Source of the DNA: Candidatus Aenigmatarchaeota archaeon
GTDB lineage: Archaea > Aenigmatarchaeota > Aenigmatarchaeia > PWEA01 > JACQIF01
NCBI GenBank assembly: GCA_016432325.1
Contig: CP066684.1
Location: 384,001-448,000, forward strand
Length of the DNA: 64,000 nucleotides
Reading direction: 5' to 3'
Of this stretch, positions 27,133-37,038 are shown in pieces. The notes beneath the pieces were generated by a model. That model had not been told where the DNA came from. It did no database searches and saw nothing but the letters and a program-made list of their open reading frames with translations. The position numbers were made by a program, and so were the translations under genes. The first letter of the stretch is position 1, and the number at the start of each line of letters is the position of its first letter.

Positions 27133-27164
27133 CCCTTTTTATTCCATCGGAACGTAACTTATAC

Positions 27165-29036
27165 ATGGCTCTGGACATTCTCGGAAAGATACGCAACCTC
27201 AGAGGCGCGCTCAGGCCAATCGCGCCGAAGAAGGCGCCCACATACCAGTTCGTCCTCAGCGAGGCAGGCGGCCTTGTCATCCTTCCTGAAGAAAAAGACA
27301 CCAAGAAAATCAGCTTCACGTACGATCTCATACCTCCTTATTCGCGCGCCCAAATCCGGTGGAGCGACAGCGACCGTTCGCTCGTATATCGCCTCAGCGA
27401 GCCTACGCTGGACGACGCCGAACAGAAGGCCTATAACCTGATAACAACCTCTCTCGTAGAGCTTGTGGACGTCCAGCTGTCGACGATAAAGAACCAGAAG
27501 GAAGCGATGAACTATCTCGAGCAGAAGGTCCGCCAAATCGTTGAAGAACTTGAAATCGTGCTTGACAAGGCTTCCTACAACAAAGTGATGTATTACATCT
27601 ACAGGAACTTCGTCGGTCTCAACAAGATAGAGGCTCTGATGCACGACCCTTACATAGAGGACGTCGGCTGCGTCGGCTACCACACGCCGATATACGTCGT
27701 CCACAAGCGTTACGGCTCCATGCCTACGAACGTAATATACGACAACGAGGACGAGCTCAAGGAGTTCGTCATCAAGCTCGCGGAGAGGTGCGGCCGCTAC
27801 GTCTCGTACGCGGAGCCCCTTCTGGACGGGTCGCTGCCGGACGGCTCGCGCGTCCAGGCGTCCTTGGCAGAGGACGTCACGACCAAAGGTCCCACGTTCT
27901 CTCTGAGAAAGTTCACGAAAGAGCCTATATCGCCCATCGAAATAATAGACCTCAAGACTGCTTCGCCGGAAGTGATGGGCTATCTATGGCTGATAATCGA
28001 GCAGGGCGTTTCGATGCTGATATGCGGCGGAACGGCCACAGGAAAGACGACTCTGCTCAACGCCATAAGCATGTTCATCCCGTCCGAGGAAAAGGTCGTG
28101 TCCATAGAGGATACGCGCGAGTTGCAACTGCCGCACAAGAACTGGATACCGGCAGTCGCGCGCACGGGCTTCGGCGTTCCGGAAGCCGGGGGCGAGCGTT
28201 ACGGGGAGATAGACATGTTCGACCTTCTGAAGGAGTCGTTCAGGCAGAACCCGGACTACGTCATAGTCGGCGAGATACGAGGCAAGGAAGCGTACGTCAT
28301 GTTCCAGGGCATGGCGTCCGGCCACCCGTCAATAGGAACGATGCACGCGGCAGGCGTGGAGACCGTGGTAAAGAGGCTCATGTCTCCGCCCATCGAACTG
28401 TCGCCGAGCCTCGTCGAGATTCTTGACGTCGTCATCACGCTCGTGTTCGCGCAAGAGAAAGGCAAGTCCTCTAGGCGCGTAAAGAACGTCACGGAGATAC
28501 AATCCGTGGAACAGACAGGCAACGCGCGCACAGGAACGGCCTACAGGTGGATACCGGCGAACGACACGTTCGAACCCGGAGAAGGAACGTACGTGCTGAG
28601 CAAGCTCGCGACGATAAAGGGGATACAGCTCGCCGATATGAAGCGCGAAGTCGCGGCGCGCGCAGCCGTGCTCGAGTGGATGTACGAGAACCGTGTGTTG
28701 GGCTGGAGAGATGTCGTCGCGATAATAGACCGCTACCACCAAGACCCGAACGGCGTTCTGGCCGAGCTCGGCTTGGCCCAGAAGGGCCTGCGTTCGACCA
28801 TAGGCAGGCGCGCCGCTGCGAAGTCCATGGCCATACCAGAAGAGCCGCAGAAACCAGCGGAGGTCGAAGAAGAGCCTGCGCCGCCCAAGCCCGAAGCCTT
28901 TGAGATACCGGCTGTGATAAGACCGACGTTCGAGGAGACGCCGGTCGCCGAAACAATCGCAAAACCTTTGAAGAAGGAGGGCGCCAAGAAGCCGCCGGCG
29001 TCCAGAGCCAAGAAGAGGCCCAAGAAGAACTCCTGA
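27165..29036 (+). CDS. Type II/IV secretion (pilus assembly) ATPase
   Basis: GGTATGKTT, SIEDTREL, RQNPDYVIVGEIRG, TMHA. Confidence 0.95.
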   Translation: MALDILGKIRNLRGALRPIAPKKAPTYQFVLSEAGGLVILPEEKDTKKISFTYDLIPPYSRAQIRWSDSDRSLVYRLSEPTLDDAEQKAYNLITTSLVELVDVQLSTIKNQKEAMNYLEQKVRQIVEELEIVLDKASYNKVMYYIYRNFVGLNKIEALMHDPYIEDVGCVGYHTPIYVVHKRYGSMPTNVIYDNEDELKEFVIKLAERCGRYVSYAEPLLDGSLPDGSRVQASLAEDVTTKGPTFSLRKFTKEPISPIEIIDLKTASPEVMGYLWLIIEQGVSMLICGGTATGKTTLLNAISMFIPSEEKVVSIEDTRELQLPHKNWIPAVARTGFGVPEAGGERYGEIDMFDLLKESFRQNPDYVIVGEIRGKEAYVMFQGMASGHPSIGTMHAAGVETVVKRLMSPPIELSPSLVEILDVVITLVFAQEKGKSSRRVKNVTEIQSVEQTGNARTGTAYRWIPANDTFEPGEGTYVLSKLATIKGIQLADMKREVAARAAVLEWMYENRVLGWRDVVAIIDRYHQDPNGVLAELGLAQKGLRSTIGRRAAAKSMAIPEEPQKPAEVEEEPAPPKPEAFEIPAVIRPTFEETPVAETIAKPLKKEGAKKPPASRAKKRPKKNS

Positions 29037-29089
29037 CCTCCTTTCGTCTATTTTATAAACGGACTTGACATAATAGATTTGGTGTTTGG

Positions 29090-29168
29090 TTGGCAGACAG
29101 AGTAAAAACAGCGGTTTTTAAAGTCCGCCATGCAGAGGTTGGTGAATCATGGCAGACCGAGTAAAAAG
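29090..29168 (+). repeat. Start-duplication hairpin cassette
   Basis: TTGGCAGACAGAGTAAAAA-CAGCG-GTTTTTAAA-GTCCGCCATG...GGTGA..ATGGCAGACCGAGTAAAAA, period 59. Confidence 0.88.
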
Positions 29169-29853
29169 CGGCATCCCGGGCCTCGACGACGTCATAGGCG
29201 GCGGCTTCGTCCGCGGCTCGCTGATTCTCCTCACGGGCACGACAGGAACGGGCAAGACCGTGATGGCGTCGCAGTACATATACAACGCGCTGGCCCGCTA
29301 CAAGGAGAACTGCGTCTACATCTCGTTCGAGGAGCGCGCCGAGGACATTAAGAGGAACATGGCCAACTTCGGCTGGAACTTCGAAGAGTACGAGCGCAAC
29401 GGGAACCTGATATTCGTCAAGTACGACCCGTTCCACATGGAGGACATCTACGGGCTCATCGAAAACCACATAAGGGACGTCGGCGCCACGCGAGTCGTCC
29501 TGGACTCGATAACGGGTCTTGGCCTGAACGTGCGCGACCCGTCCGACCTGAGAACGGCCATATTCAACATCGGCCGCATATTGAAGAAACTCGGCTGCAC
29601 GTCCCTGCTGACGTCAGAAACGCCGTCGGACAATCATCTGGTGCTGAGCCGCTACGGCGTCGAGGAGTATGTGGCCGACGATGTCATCGTGCTCTATTAC
29701 ATTCCCGTAGATACGGAGTTCAGGCGCGCCATGACCGTATGGAAGATGCGCGGTTCCGAGCATTCGAAAAAGATACATCCTTTCCGCATCACGGAGAAGG
29801 GAATCACGATATACCCGCACGAGGAGACCGCCCTCAAACTCGAGAGGGGCTGA
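29149..29853 (+). CDS. KaiC/FlaH-like RecA-family ATPase (single domain)
   Basis: SGIPGLD, GTTGTGKT, SFEE, VLDS, KMRGSEHS. Confidence 0.92.
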   Translation: MADRVKSGIPGLDDVIGGGFVRGSLILLTGTTGTGKTVMASQYIYNALARYKENCVYISFEERAEDIKRNMANFGWNFEEYERNGNLIFVKYDPFHMEDIYGLIENHIRDVGATRVVLDSITGLGLNVRDPSDLRTAIFNIGRILKKLGCTSLLTSETPSDNHLVLSRYGVEEYVADDVIVLYYIPVDTEFRRAMTVWKMRGSEHSKKIHPFRITEKGITIYPHEETALKLERG

Positions 29854-29857
29854 GACA

Positions 29858-30736
29858 GTGCTGGAAGAGTTCAAAATATTGGCGGTGCGGCTGTTCGGCA
29901 GGTGGGCCGACCGCTACGCCGCGAGCTTCGAGGGCATCAGAAAGCCCCTGTCAGAGAGCGGCCTCAAAATACTCTTCCGCACCTACGTGTGCATGGTATT
30001 TTTGTCCGCGTTTCTGGCGTTCGCCGTTTCGCTGCCCGTCTCCCTTGCACTGTCGGCGTTCGCCGTAAAGGACGGGGTGCTGACGCCTGTCGTTGCCGTC
30101 GTGTTCTCAGTCTTTGCCGGCTCGCTTGGGTTCATCATAGCATACTACTATCCATCGTCGCGCGCAAGCGACCGCAAGAGGAACATCGCCGCGAACCTGC
30201 CCTTCGCCGTGAACCACATGGCCGCAATAGCCGCGTCAGGCGTACCGCCTAACGTCATATTCAAGCTTTTGGCCGAGTTCGGGGAGTACGAGGAGATAAG
30301 CAGGGAGTGCGCGAAGGTCGTGCGCGGCGTGGAGTCTTTCGGCCAAGACATCACCACGTCCATATCGCAGGTCGCGGCTGACGTGCCGTCGAACGAATTC
30401 CGAGAACTGCTCTACGGAATGCTGTCGATAATCAAGACCGGCGGCAACCTCAAGCTCTACCTGCAGAACCAAGCCAAGGAGGCGCTCTTCTACTACCGCA
30501 TCCGCAGGCAGGAGTATCTCGAGGCCCTATCGACATATGCGGACTTCTACACCGCCGTTCTCATCGCGGCTCCGCTGTTCCTCGTCTCGATACTCGCGGT
30601 GATAAACATAATCGGCGGCAAGCTCGGCGGCCAGAGCATAGACACGATAATGACGCTGGGCATCTTCATCGGCATCCCGGCGATAAACACCATATTCCTC
30701 GGCTTCATCCACGCGACACAACCGGAGCAGGCGTAA
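29858..30736 (+). CDS. Type IV pilus platform protein (TadC/GspF-like)
   Basis: LPFAVNHMAAIAASG, GEISRE-like motif, TGGNL; TM helices. Confidence 0.9.
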   Translation: MLEEFKILAVRLFGRWADRYAASFEGIRKPLSESGLKILFRTYVCMVFLSAFLAFAVSLPVSLALSAFAVKDGVLTPVVAVVFSVFAGSLGFIIAYYYPSSRASDRKRNIAANLPFAVNHMAAIAASGVPPNVIFKLLAEFGEYEEISRECAKVVRGVESFGQDITTSISQVAADVPSNEFRELLYGMLSIIKTGGNLKLYLQNQAKEALFYYRIRRQEYLEALSTYADFYTAVLIAAPLFLVSILAVINIIGGKLGGQSIDTIMTLGIFIGIPAINTIFLGFIHATQPEQA

Positions 30737-30738
30737 GC

Positions 30739-31665
30739 ATGTTGATAGAACTGGTTCAGAAACTGAAGGACGTGCTCGGCATCAGGCAAACGAAGGGCAA
30801 GAACCGCGGCTACAGCACGCGCTTCGAGAAATGGGCGGGCAAGAGTTCCCAGAGGCAGATACTGGTTTACGGCTCTCTGTTCGCAGGCGCGGCTCTCGTC
30901 ACGATAAGCTTCTTTTTCTTCCAAGGCTCGAGGCAGGCCTTTGCGATACTCAACCTTCTCGGCGCGTCGATAGCGATTGGCCCTTCGATGATCATAAGGT
31001 ACAACGAGTACCGCACGCTCAAGAGGATAGAGTCCACGTTCCCGCAGTTCCTCAACGACATCGTCGAGTCCACGAACGCCGGCCAGACGCTTCCGCAGGC
31101 TATAAAGTCGGCGTCACGCAACGAGTACGGACCGCTGTCCCCGTATGTCAAAAAGATAGCGGCGCAGATAGACTGGGGCATACCCTTCGACAAGATACTC
31201 GAAAACATGGCGTCGAGCCTGAACAGCAAACTGCTGCGCCGAACGGTTTCAACGATAATAGAGACCCACCGTTCCGGCGGCAACATCTCGGACGTTCTTC
31301 GTGCGGTGAGCGAGTCCGTAACGGAGATAGACCGCATACGCGAAGAGCGCAAGGCGCACGTCTACTCGCAGATGATTACGGGATACACGATATTCTTCGT
31401 CTTTTTGGGCGTCATCGTGGGCATGCAGAAGTTTTTGATACCGACTCTCCTGATAACAGGCGAGGGCGCCGCAGGCATCGGCCTTTCAGGCACCGCAGGC
31501 CTCGTGACGCGCTACCAGTTCCTCTTCCAGGCGCTGATTGTGATACAGGCCATATTCTCCGGGTTTGCGATAGGCAAAATGTCAGAGGGATCGATGGTCG
31601 CCGGCGTCAAGCACGTTATCGTGCTCTTCTCGGTCGGAATGATGGCGATAGTGCTGATATTATAA
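30739..31665 (+). CDS. Type IV pilus platform protein (TadC/GspF-like)
   Basis: FPQFLNDI, YGPLS, WGIPF, SGGNISDVL, GKMSEG. Confidence 0.9.
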   Translation: MLIELVQKLKDVLGIRQTKGKNRGYSTRFEKWAGKSSQRQILVYGSLFAGAALVTISFFFFQGSRQAFAILNLLGASIAIGPSMIIRYNEYRTLKRIESTFPQFLNDIVESTNAGQTLPQAIKSASRNEYGPLSPYVKKIAAQIDWGIPFDKILENMASSLNSKLLRRTVSTIIETHRSGGNISDVLRAVSESVTEIDRIREERKAHVYSQMITGYTIFFVFLGVIVGMQKFLIPTLLITGEGAAGIGLSGTAGLVTRYQFLFQALIVIQAIFSGFAIGKMSEGSMVAGVKHVIVLFSVGMMAIVLIL

Positions 31666-31667
31666 CG

Positions 31668-31898
31668 TCAACCGCTGCCGGTTTCTATAGAGTCAAGTAT
31701 TCTCTCGGCCTCCACAAACTCGATTGCCGCAGCCCCTCCAGAGGCTATACCAACCGCGTACGTTGGCACGTAGATGAGTGCCGAAGCCGGGCCCGTTGTG
31801 CTCAGTGTCAGTCCTATGCCAACCAACCCGAGGCATATACTAACGAAGACGGAGAAGAATGTCAGTTTTCTTGTATGGAGGGCATCGAGGTATGGCAT
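31668..31898 (-). CDS. Small membrane protein
   Basis: MPYLDALHTRKLTFFSVFVSICLG; two TM segments. Confidence 0.55.
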   Translation of the reverse strand: MPYLDALHTRKLTFFSVFVSICLGLVGIGLTLSTTGPASALIYVPTYAVGIASGGAAAIEFVEAERILDSIETGSG

Positions 31899-31903
31899 GT
31901 CGT

Positions 31904-32104
31904 TCACCTCCAAGCTCTCCGCATTCCAGAGAGACCCAACGCTATAAGAGCCACGCCAGCTATCAGTCCGACAGCGGACGTGACGGTGTTCACGGGTGCC
32001 GTACCTATCGCGGCTTGGAAAAAGAAAGACATTGACACTATTAGAAGCAGGACTCCTGCGAGCAGTATGAAGAGGGATATCGTTCCGTCGTCCCATTTTA
32101 CCAT
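31904..32104 (-). CDS. Small membrane protein
   Basis: MVKWDDGTISLFILLAGVLL; SD GGAG; two TM segments. Confidence 0.6.
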   Translation of the reverse strand: MVKWDDGTISLFILLAGVLLLIVSMSFFFQAAIGTAPVNTVTSAVGLIAGVALIALGLSGMRRAWR

Positions 32105-32238
32105 GGTTCTCCTTCGGAACGCCCGTATTAAAACATATCTGTCATCACCACCGCCGGTGGTGATATTTTGGAAAGAAGCCCGTCGAGGAGCTTTAACGCC
32201 CATTTAACGTTTTTATTCGGGGTTTCGTTACGTACTTC

Positions 32239-35200
32239 GTGGGTTTGATGGGTATTGGCACACGCGTTGCGACAGCTCTGATACTCGTTCTCGTAATAAC
32301 GCCGTCGCTCGTGCTGGCCGCCGACACGAACAGCGGGCCTTTCAGGGGGGACGCGTTCCTGAAGATATCGGAGGACCTGACGCCGACGGACGCGGTCTTC
32401 TACAAACTGACCACCGACCTTACAGAAGGTGCCGCCGCCGACCCCGAAAACAACGACTGGGACTTCAACGCCGCCGTGAACGTAACGGTTCACTTCCTCA
32501 ACGCAACCTCTGGCACGCCTCCTCCTATACCCAACGGCGGCGCCACCGACATTTTCAGGATAGAACTCTACTACGACAACACGACAACGGCCGATCCAGT
32601 TGCTTTCCTGTACAACGCACTGGTTCCGCCAGTCAACGACACGAACTTCACGTTCATGGTGTACGCCCGCGGAGCCAACATCTCAGGCACCACGGCCAAC
32701 ACTCCATTCGCCCTCGTGGCGCCCAATGATACCACTCTGTACGCCAGCTTTCAAAAAAATGGCCCTTCGGTCGCCAAGAGCACGGACAGCGGGACGACGT
32801 GGACTGTAGATCAGGTCAACAAAAGAGGCAACACTGGCATAACACAGATCCGGTTGGATGCCGTCAACACGACTCTCGTCTACATCGCTTACGACGATAA
32901 TCCCAACAAGTCTGTCGAGGTGGCGAAGACGACGGACGGCGGGACGACGTGGGCCATAACTAACAACAGCAACCCCGTTGCGACGAGCGGCACCACGACA
33001 ACAAGGCTGTCCATGGACGCCTTCAACGACACCGTGGTCTATCTGTCGTACAAAGACGGAACGGACAACGATCTGAGAGTGATGAAGACGACGGACGGCG
33101 GGACGACGTGGGCCACGACCAACGGTAGTAGCCCAGTAGATTCTGCAGGGGATGTCGGTTCGGACAGTTCCATCATCGCAATCGATGCAAACACAGTATA
33201 CGTGGCGTATCGATATACGACAGAGGCAGATCTAAAAGTGGCGAAGACGACGGACGGCGGGACGACGTGGACGATAGCGAACAACAGCTTCCCTGTCGAT
33301 CAGATCGGCGGCCAAGAGACTTCAATCTCCGCGCTGGATGCCAACACGGTATTTGTAGCTTATCAGAGAGGGAATCCGCGCGGCTTCGGAGTGGCTAAGA
33401 CGACGGACGGCGGGACGAATTGGACCATCCTGAACGGCACAAATTCAATAGACCCCCTCGTTACCGTGCGCTGGACATCCATCCAAGCGATAAGCAACGA
33501 CACGCTCTACGTAGCGTACCAGGACAACACGCATGAAATCGTCAAGGTGGCGAAGACGACGGACGGCGGGACGAATTGGACACTGACGACCGTAGACTCT
33601 TCGTCTGCCATGGGGAGAGGCGTAGGCCTCGTCGCGAAAGACGCTAACAACCTCTATCTGGGCTACCGCGACTTCAACAACAGCCTGGCCAGATTCTCCA
33701 AGACCACGGACGGCGGCGAAGGATGGAGCGGGTACGGGTCCGGTGTCTTCCGTCTCAAGATGCGCGTCCGTTCGGTGACTGGCGCGACCACGGACTACGA
33801 CGCCGACACAGAAGCGGGGATAACCGATGCGACACAGCAGGTAACATACGACTCCACGCGTGCACAGGGCTTTGTTCGCGTAAACACGGGAGTCACGAAG
33901 TTCACCTCATACAAAGATATCAACTACACGCAGAACGAAACGCGCTTCATGCGCGGCGAAACCGTATACATGAAGGTCAATACTAACGCGGCCGCGTGGA
34001 ACGAGACCGGTGCCGAAAGCATGCGGCTTACGCTGACAGGTCCCACAACGACCCTTGTGAGTTTCCCTTTCAACCTCACGCGAAACGACAACGCCTATAG
34101 ATTTAATTGGACAATGCAGTCAGGCGTTGACCTTAATGACTACGATGTCGTGCTGAACGTTACGGGCAACACGAGCGCATTCACATCTGGCGACCTATGG
34201 ACGCAATTCAACTCCTCAAGCGTCGGCTTCGTCAACGCAAACAAAACGAACTTCTCCACGACGCTCATGACAGATCCAGACGGCGTGCTCAGCGATACGA
34301 ACGCCTCCTTCTGGGTGGAGGATGGGCTGCGCGTCGCTCAAGACTATGGCCCGCGCCTGAACGGCTCGAACTCGTCTACGATAAACGCGTACGTCCAGCG
34401 CGGTGAGGTAGTCAACGTCTCGTTCATTGTTCTCGACGAGTGGAACCGCACGTTCGCAAACCGCGAGATATTCTGGAACGCGAACACGAGCGGATATGAA
34501 CCCGCGATTGCCCGCGTGAACACGAGCCGCGCCGCGTACGTGGCGTGCGACGGCTACGATACGTCCTTGTCTGTCGTAAACACCACGACCGTTTACGTGG
34601 CCCACAGGAACAGGTGCTCGCTGGGCGTCAAGTTCACCAAGACGACAAACGGCGGCCAGTCGTGGAGCGGCGTGAACGTCTCCACTCTCGGAATTGCGCC
34701 GTCGCTGGAGGCGTTTAACTCCACGCTGATATACGTGAGCTACACAGACGACGAGGATGCCGACAAGTACAAATTCAACGTCTCCAAGAGCACGGACGGC
34801 GGGACGACGTGGACCGTGACGAACAACAGCAACCCCGTAGCCGGACCGGCGAGGCTCGTTGGCCGCTATGGAGACATGGATGTGGTGGATGCGGATACTG
34901 TGTACGTCGTCTACGCCGACAGCGCACAGAACCTCACTGTCGCAAAGACTACCAACGGCGGAACGTCTTGGACGATAACGAACAACAGCAACCCTGTAGC
35001 CGGGGATGCCCGCTCACCAACATTAAGAAATTCTATTGCGGCAGTCAACTCCACGCTGGTTTATGTGGCATACTACGCCAGTGGCAACGATCTCGCCATT
35101 GCGAAGACAGCCAACGGAGGCACATCATGGAACGTGACGACCGTGGACTCGGCAGGCGATGTCGGAGACAATCCGTCCATCGATGTTGTGGACGCCAACA

Positions 35201-36414
35201 CGCTATACGTCAGCTACTACGACAATACCAACGATGACCTGAAGTTCGCGAAGACCACGAACGGAGGGATTACGTGGTCTGTGCAGACATTGGACTCCGC
35301 GGGTAGTGTCGGCCAGTACTCGTCTCTCGACGCGCTGGACGCGAACACGATATACATAGCGTATTACGACGGCGACAACGCGGACCTGAAGGTGATAAGG
35401 AGCGTCGACGCGGGCCAGACGTGGAACATATTCCCAGACGGGACAACCGTGGACGCCGAGGCAGGCAACATACAGGTCGGTCCTGAACCATCCATCATTC
35501 TCGCCTCTGACAGGGCCGCGTGGATAAGCTATAACCGCTTCGATCCCGCGGGCTCTGCCGGGGAATATCTAAAGGTCGCGCGTCTCAACCTCACGCGGTT
35601 GCGCGTCACTGACGCCAACGGTCGCGTAACCGACAACATCACTGTCGAATCCAACTGGACAGACACGTATGCGTCGACGACGCCCGGACAGACGGAAACG
35701 CGAGACTACGCGGTCCACGCTCACTTCCCCTACAACATCACGTCCGCCGCGCAGGGCGCGTACGGCGAGAACGCGTCGCAGGCGTACGCGTTCGACGTCG
35801 ATTCGCAGTACTACGTCGACACCCACGTGCAGAACACGACGACGCTGAGCAAGGACAATCTCAACGACGACAACGAGCAAACGAGCTATGCGGTAGGCAC
35901 CGATACCGTATACGTCTGGGTCCACGCGCGCAACGTGCGCAGCGAGGAGGCGAGCGGGAAAAGCGCGACGACGTACGTATACGCATCCGGCGGCAGCCGC
36001 GGCGGCGCAGACGCCACGTATACCGGAACGACAGGCTCGGACGGCTGGACAGCCCAATTGGGCAGTTTCGCGGCCGTGTCTCCCTCAGGCACGTGGTACT
36101 TCGATTCGGACGTAACGGGCGACAACAACACGGGAACAGACGCTGAAGCGGTGACGTTCACGATAGGCGCTTTCAGCGTGTCGGGCAAGGTCTTCCACTG
36201 GGCGAACGGCACTGCTGTGAACAGCGTCACTGTTACGGCAGTGCTCATAGATGCAGGCGTTTCCATAGAGACCAAGACCGACACGACAGACACGAACGGC
36301 GCTTTCGACGTCGCCTTCGGCACCACGCCGACAGCTGATAAAGAGTACACAATAAACATCACAGTCGCCAAAGGCTCTCTCGTGTCGTATCTAATCCAGA
36401 GGGTGAGAGCGTGA
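32239..36414 (+). CDS. Giant secreted surface protein A: Ig-like scaffold with two BNR/Asp-box beta-propellers
   Basis: Signal peptide; 13 (S/T)x(D/N)xGxxW Asp boxes; many N-x-S/T sequons. Confidence 0.9.
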   Translation: MGLMGIGTRVATALILVLVITPSLVLAADTNSGPFRGDAFLKISEDLTPTDAVFYKLTTDLTEGAAADPENNDWDFNAAVNVTVHFLNATSGTPPPIPNGGATDIFRIELYYDNTTTADPVAFLYNALVPPVNDTNFTFMVYARGANISGTTANTPFALVAPNDTTLYASFQKNGPSVAKSTDSGTTWTVDQVNKRGNTGITQIRLDAVNTTLVYIAYDDNPNKSVEVAKTTDGGTTWAITNNSNPVATSGTTTTRLSMDAFNDTVVYLSYKDGTDNDLRVMKTTDGGTTWATTNGSSPVDSAGDVGSDSSIIAIDANTVYVAYRYTTEADLKVAKTTDGGTTWTIANNSFPVDQIGGQETSISALDANTVFVAYQRGNPRGFGVAKTTDGGTNWTILNGTNSIDPLVTVRWTSIQAISNDTLYVAYQDNTHEIVKVAKTTDGGTNWTLTTVDSSSAMGRGVGLVAKDANNLYLGYRDFNNSLARFSKTTDGGEGWSGYGSGVFRLKMRVRSVTGATTDYDADTEAGITDATQQVTYDSTRAQGFVRVNTGVTKFTSYKDINYTQNETRFMRGETVYMKVNTNAAAWNETGAESMRLTLTGPTTTLVSFPFNLTRNDNAYRFNWTMQSGVDLNDYDVVLNVTGNTSAFTSGDLWTQFNSSSVGFVNANKTNFSTTLMTDPDGVLSDTNASFWVEDGLRVAQDYGPRLNGSNSSTINAYVQRGEVVNVSFIVLDEWNRTFANREIFWNANTSGYEPAIARVNTSRAAYVACDGYDTSLSVVNTTTVYVAHRNRCSLGVKFTKTTNGGQSWSGVNVSTLGIAPSLEAFNSTLIYVSYTDDEDADKYKFNVSKSTDGGTTWTVTNNSNPVAGPARLVGRYGDMDVVDADTVYVVYADSAQNLTVAKTTNGGTSWTITNNSNPVAGDARSPTLRNSIAAVNSTLVYVAYYASGNDLAIAKTANGGTSWNVTTVDSAGDVGDNPSIDVVDANTLYVSYYDNTNDDLKFAKTTNGGITWSVQTLDSAGSVGQYSSLDALDANTIYIAYYDGDNADLKVIRSVDAGQTWNIFPDGTTVDAEAGNIQVGPEPSIILASDRAAWISYNRFDPAGSAGEYLKVARLNLTRLRVTDANGRVTDNITVESNWTDTYASTTPGQTETRDYAVHAHFPYNITSAAQGAYGENASQAYAFDVDSQYYVDTHVQNTTTLSKDNLNDDNEQTSYAVGTDTVYVWVHARNVRSEEASGKSATTYVYASGGSRGGADATYTGTTGSDGWTAQLGSFAAVSPSGTWYFDSDVTGDNNTGTDAEAVTFTIGAFSVSGKVFHWANGTAVNSVTVTAVLIDAGVSIETKTDTTDTNGAFDVAFGTTPTADKEYTINITVAKGSLVSYLIQRVRA

Positions 36415-37037
36415 GGGCGGCAGCCGGACTTTTCATAGACGTTTTTGCGCGGAAGAGCGCAAAAAGGTCTGAGCACGTGAACTCCAAAGGGTTGTCGATG
36501 ATAATATCGCATGTGCTGGGACTGGCCCTCATGATAGCCGCCTTTGCCGTCGTGTCCGTCGGAATGCTGGGGTATTTCACCACCGTCTCCCATGAAACGC
36601 AGGAAGCTCAGGCGTCGCTAGTGGCTCGCGCCGTCGCAGAAGAGATAGTCAAGATGGAGACGCTCTACAGAGATTCCGACACTCGACCCACTCAGAACAA
36701 TACGAACGTGACTCTCGCGGACGTTTACATGGACGTCCCTCTGAGAATAAGTGGTCACGCGTACTCGATAGAGTTCTTTCCAAGATCAGACCTATGGGTG
36801 GTGAGCAACGCAACAATAAACGGATTGGTGGAGACGCCGCTGAGCGAGGACAGGCCGTACAGCAAGATGCGCATACAAACCGAAGGGTCGGCGGCGATAA
36901 CCCTCGACTACGACATCTACAACATTTTCGCCAAGACCGAAGGTTCTGCAGGGCATACGGACCGCATAAGGCTGCGTTACACGCGCTCGCTCCTGCAAGG
37001 CGCGCTGACGGACAGCATAATATTATCGGGTGCATGA
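36411..37037 (+). CDS. Class III signal peptide pilin-like protein
   Basis: SKG|LSMII followed by a hydrophobic helix. Confidence 0.8.
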   Translation: MRAAAGLFIDVFARKSAKRSEHVNSKGLSMIISHVLGLALMIAAFAVVSVGMLGYFTTVSHETQEAQASLVARAVAEEIVKMETLYRDSDTRPTQNNTNVTLADVYMDVPLRISGHAYSIEFFPRSDLWVVSNATINGLVETPLSEDRPYSKMRIQTEGSAAITLDYDIYNIFAKTEGSAGHTDRIRLRYTRSLLQGALTDSIILSGA

Positions 37038-37038
37038 C

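Noticed and set aside
30831-32207. Long alternative-frame and antisense ORFs (e.g. the 458-aa ORF)
   Set aside because: Shadow ORFs typical of GC-rich DNA overlapping well-supported genes.
32926-33574. Regular identical repeats resembling a CRISPR array
   Set aside because: Spacing of 153-159 bp, in-frame Asp-box coding, and no cas genes or leader.
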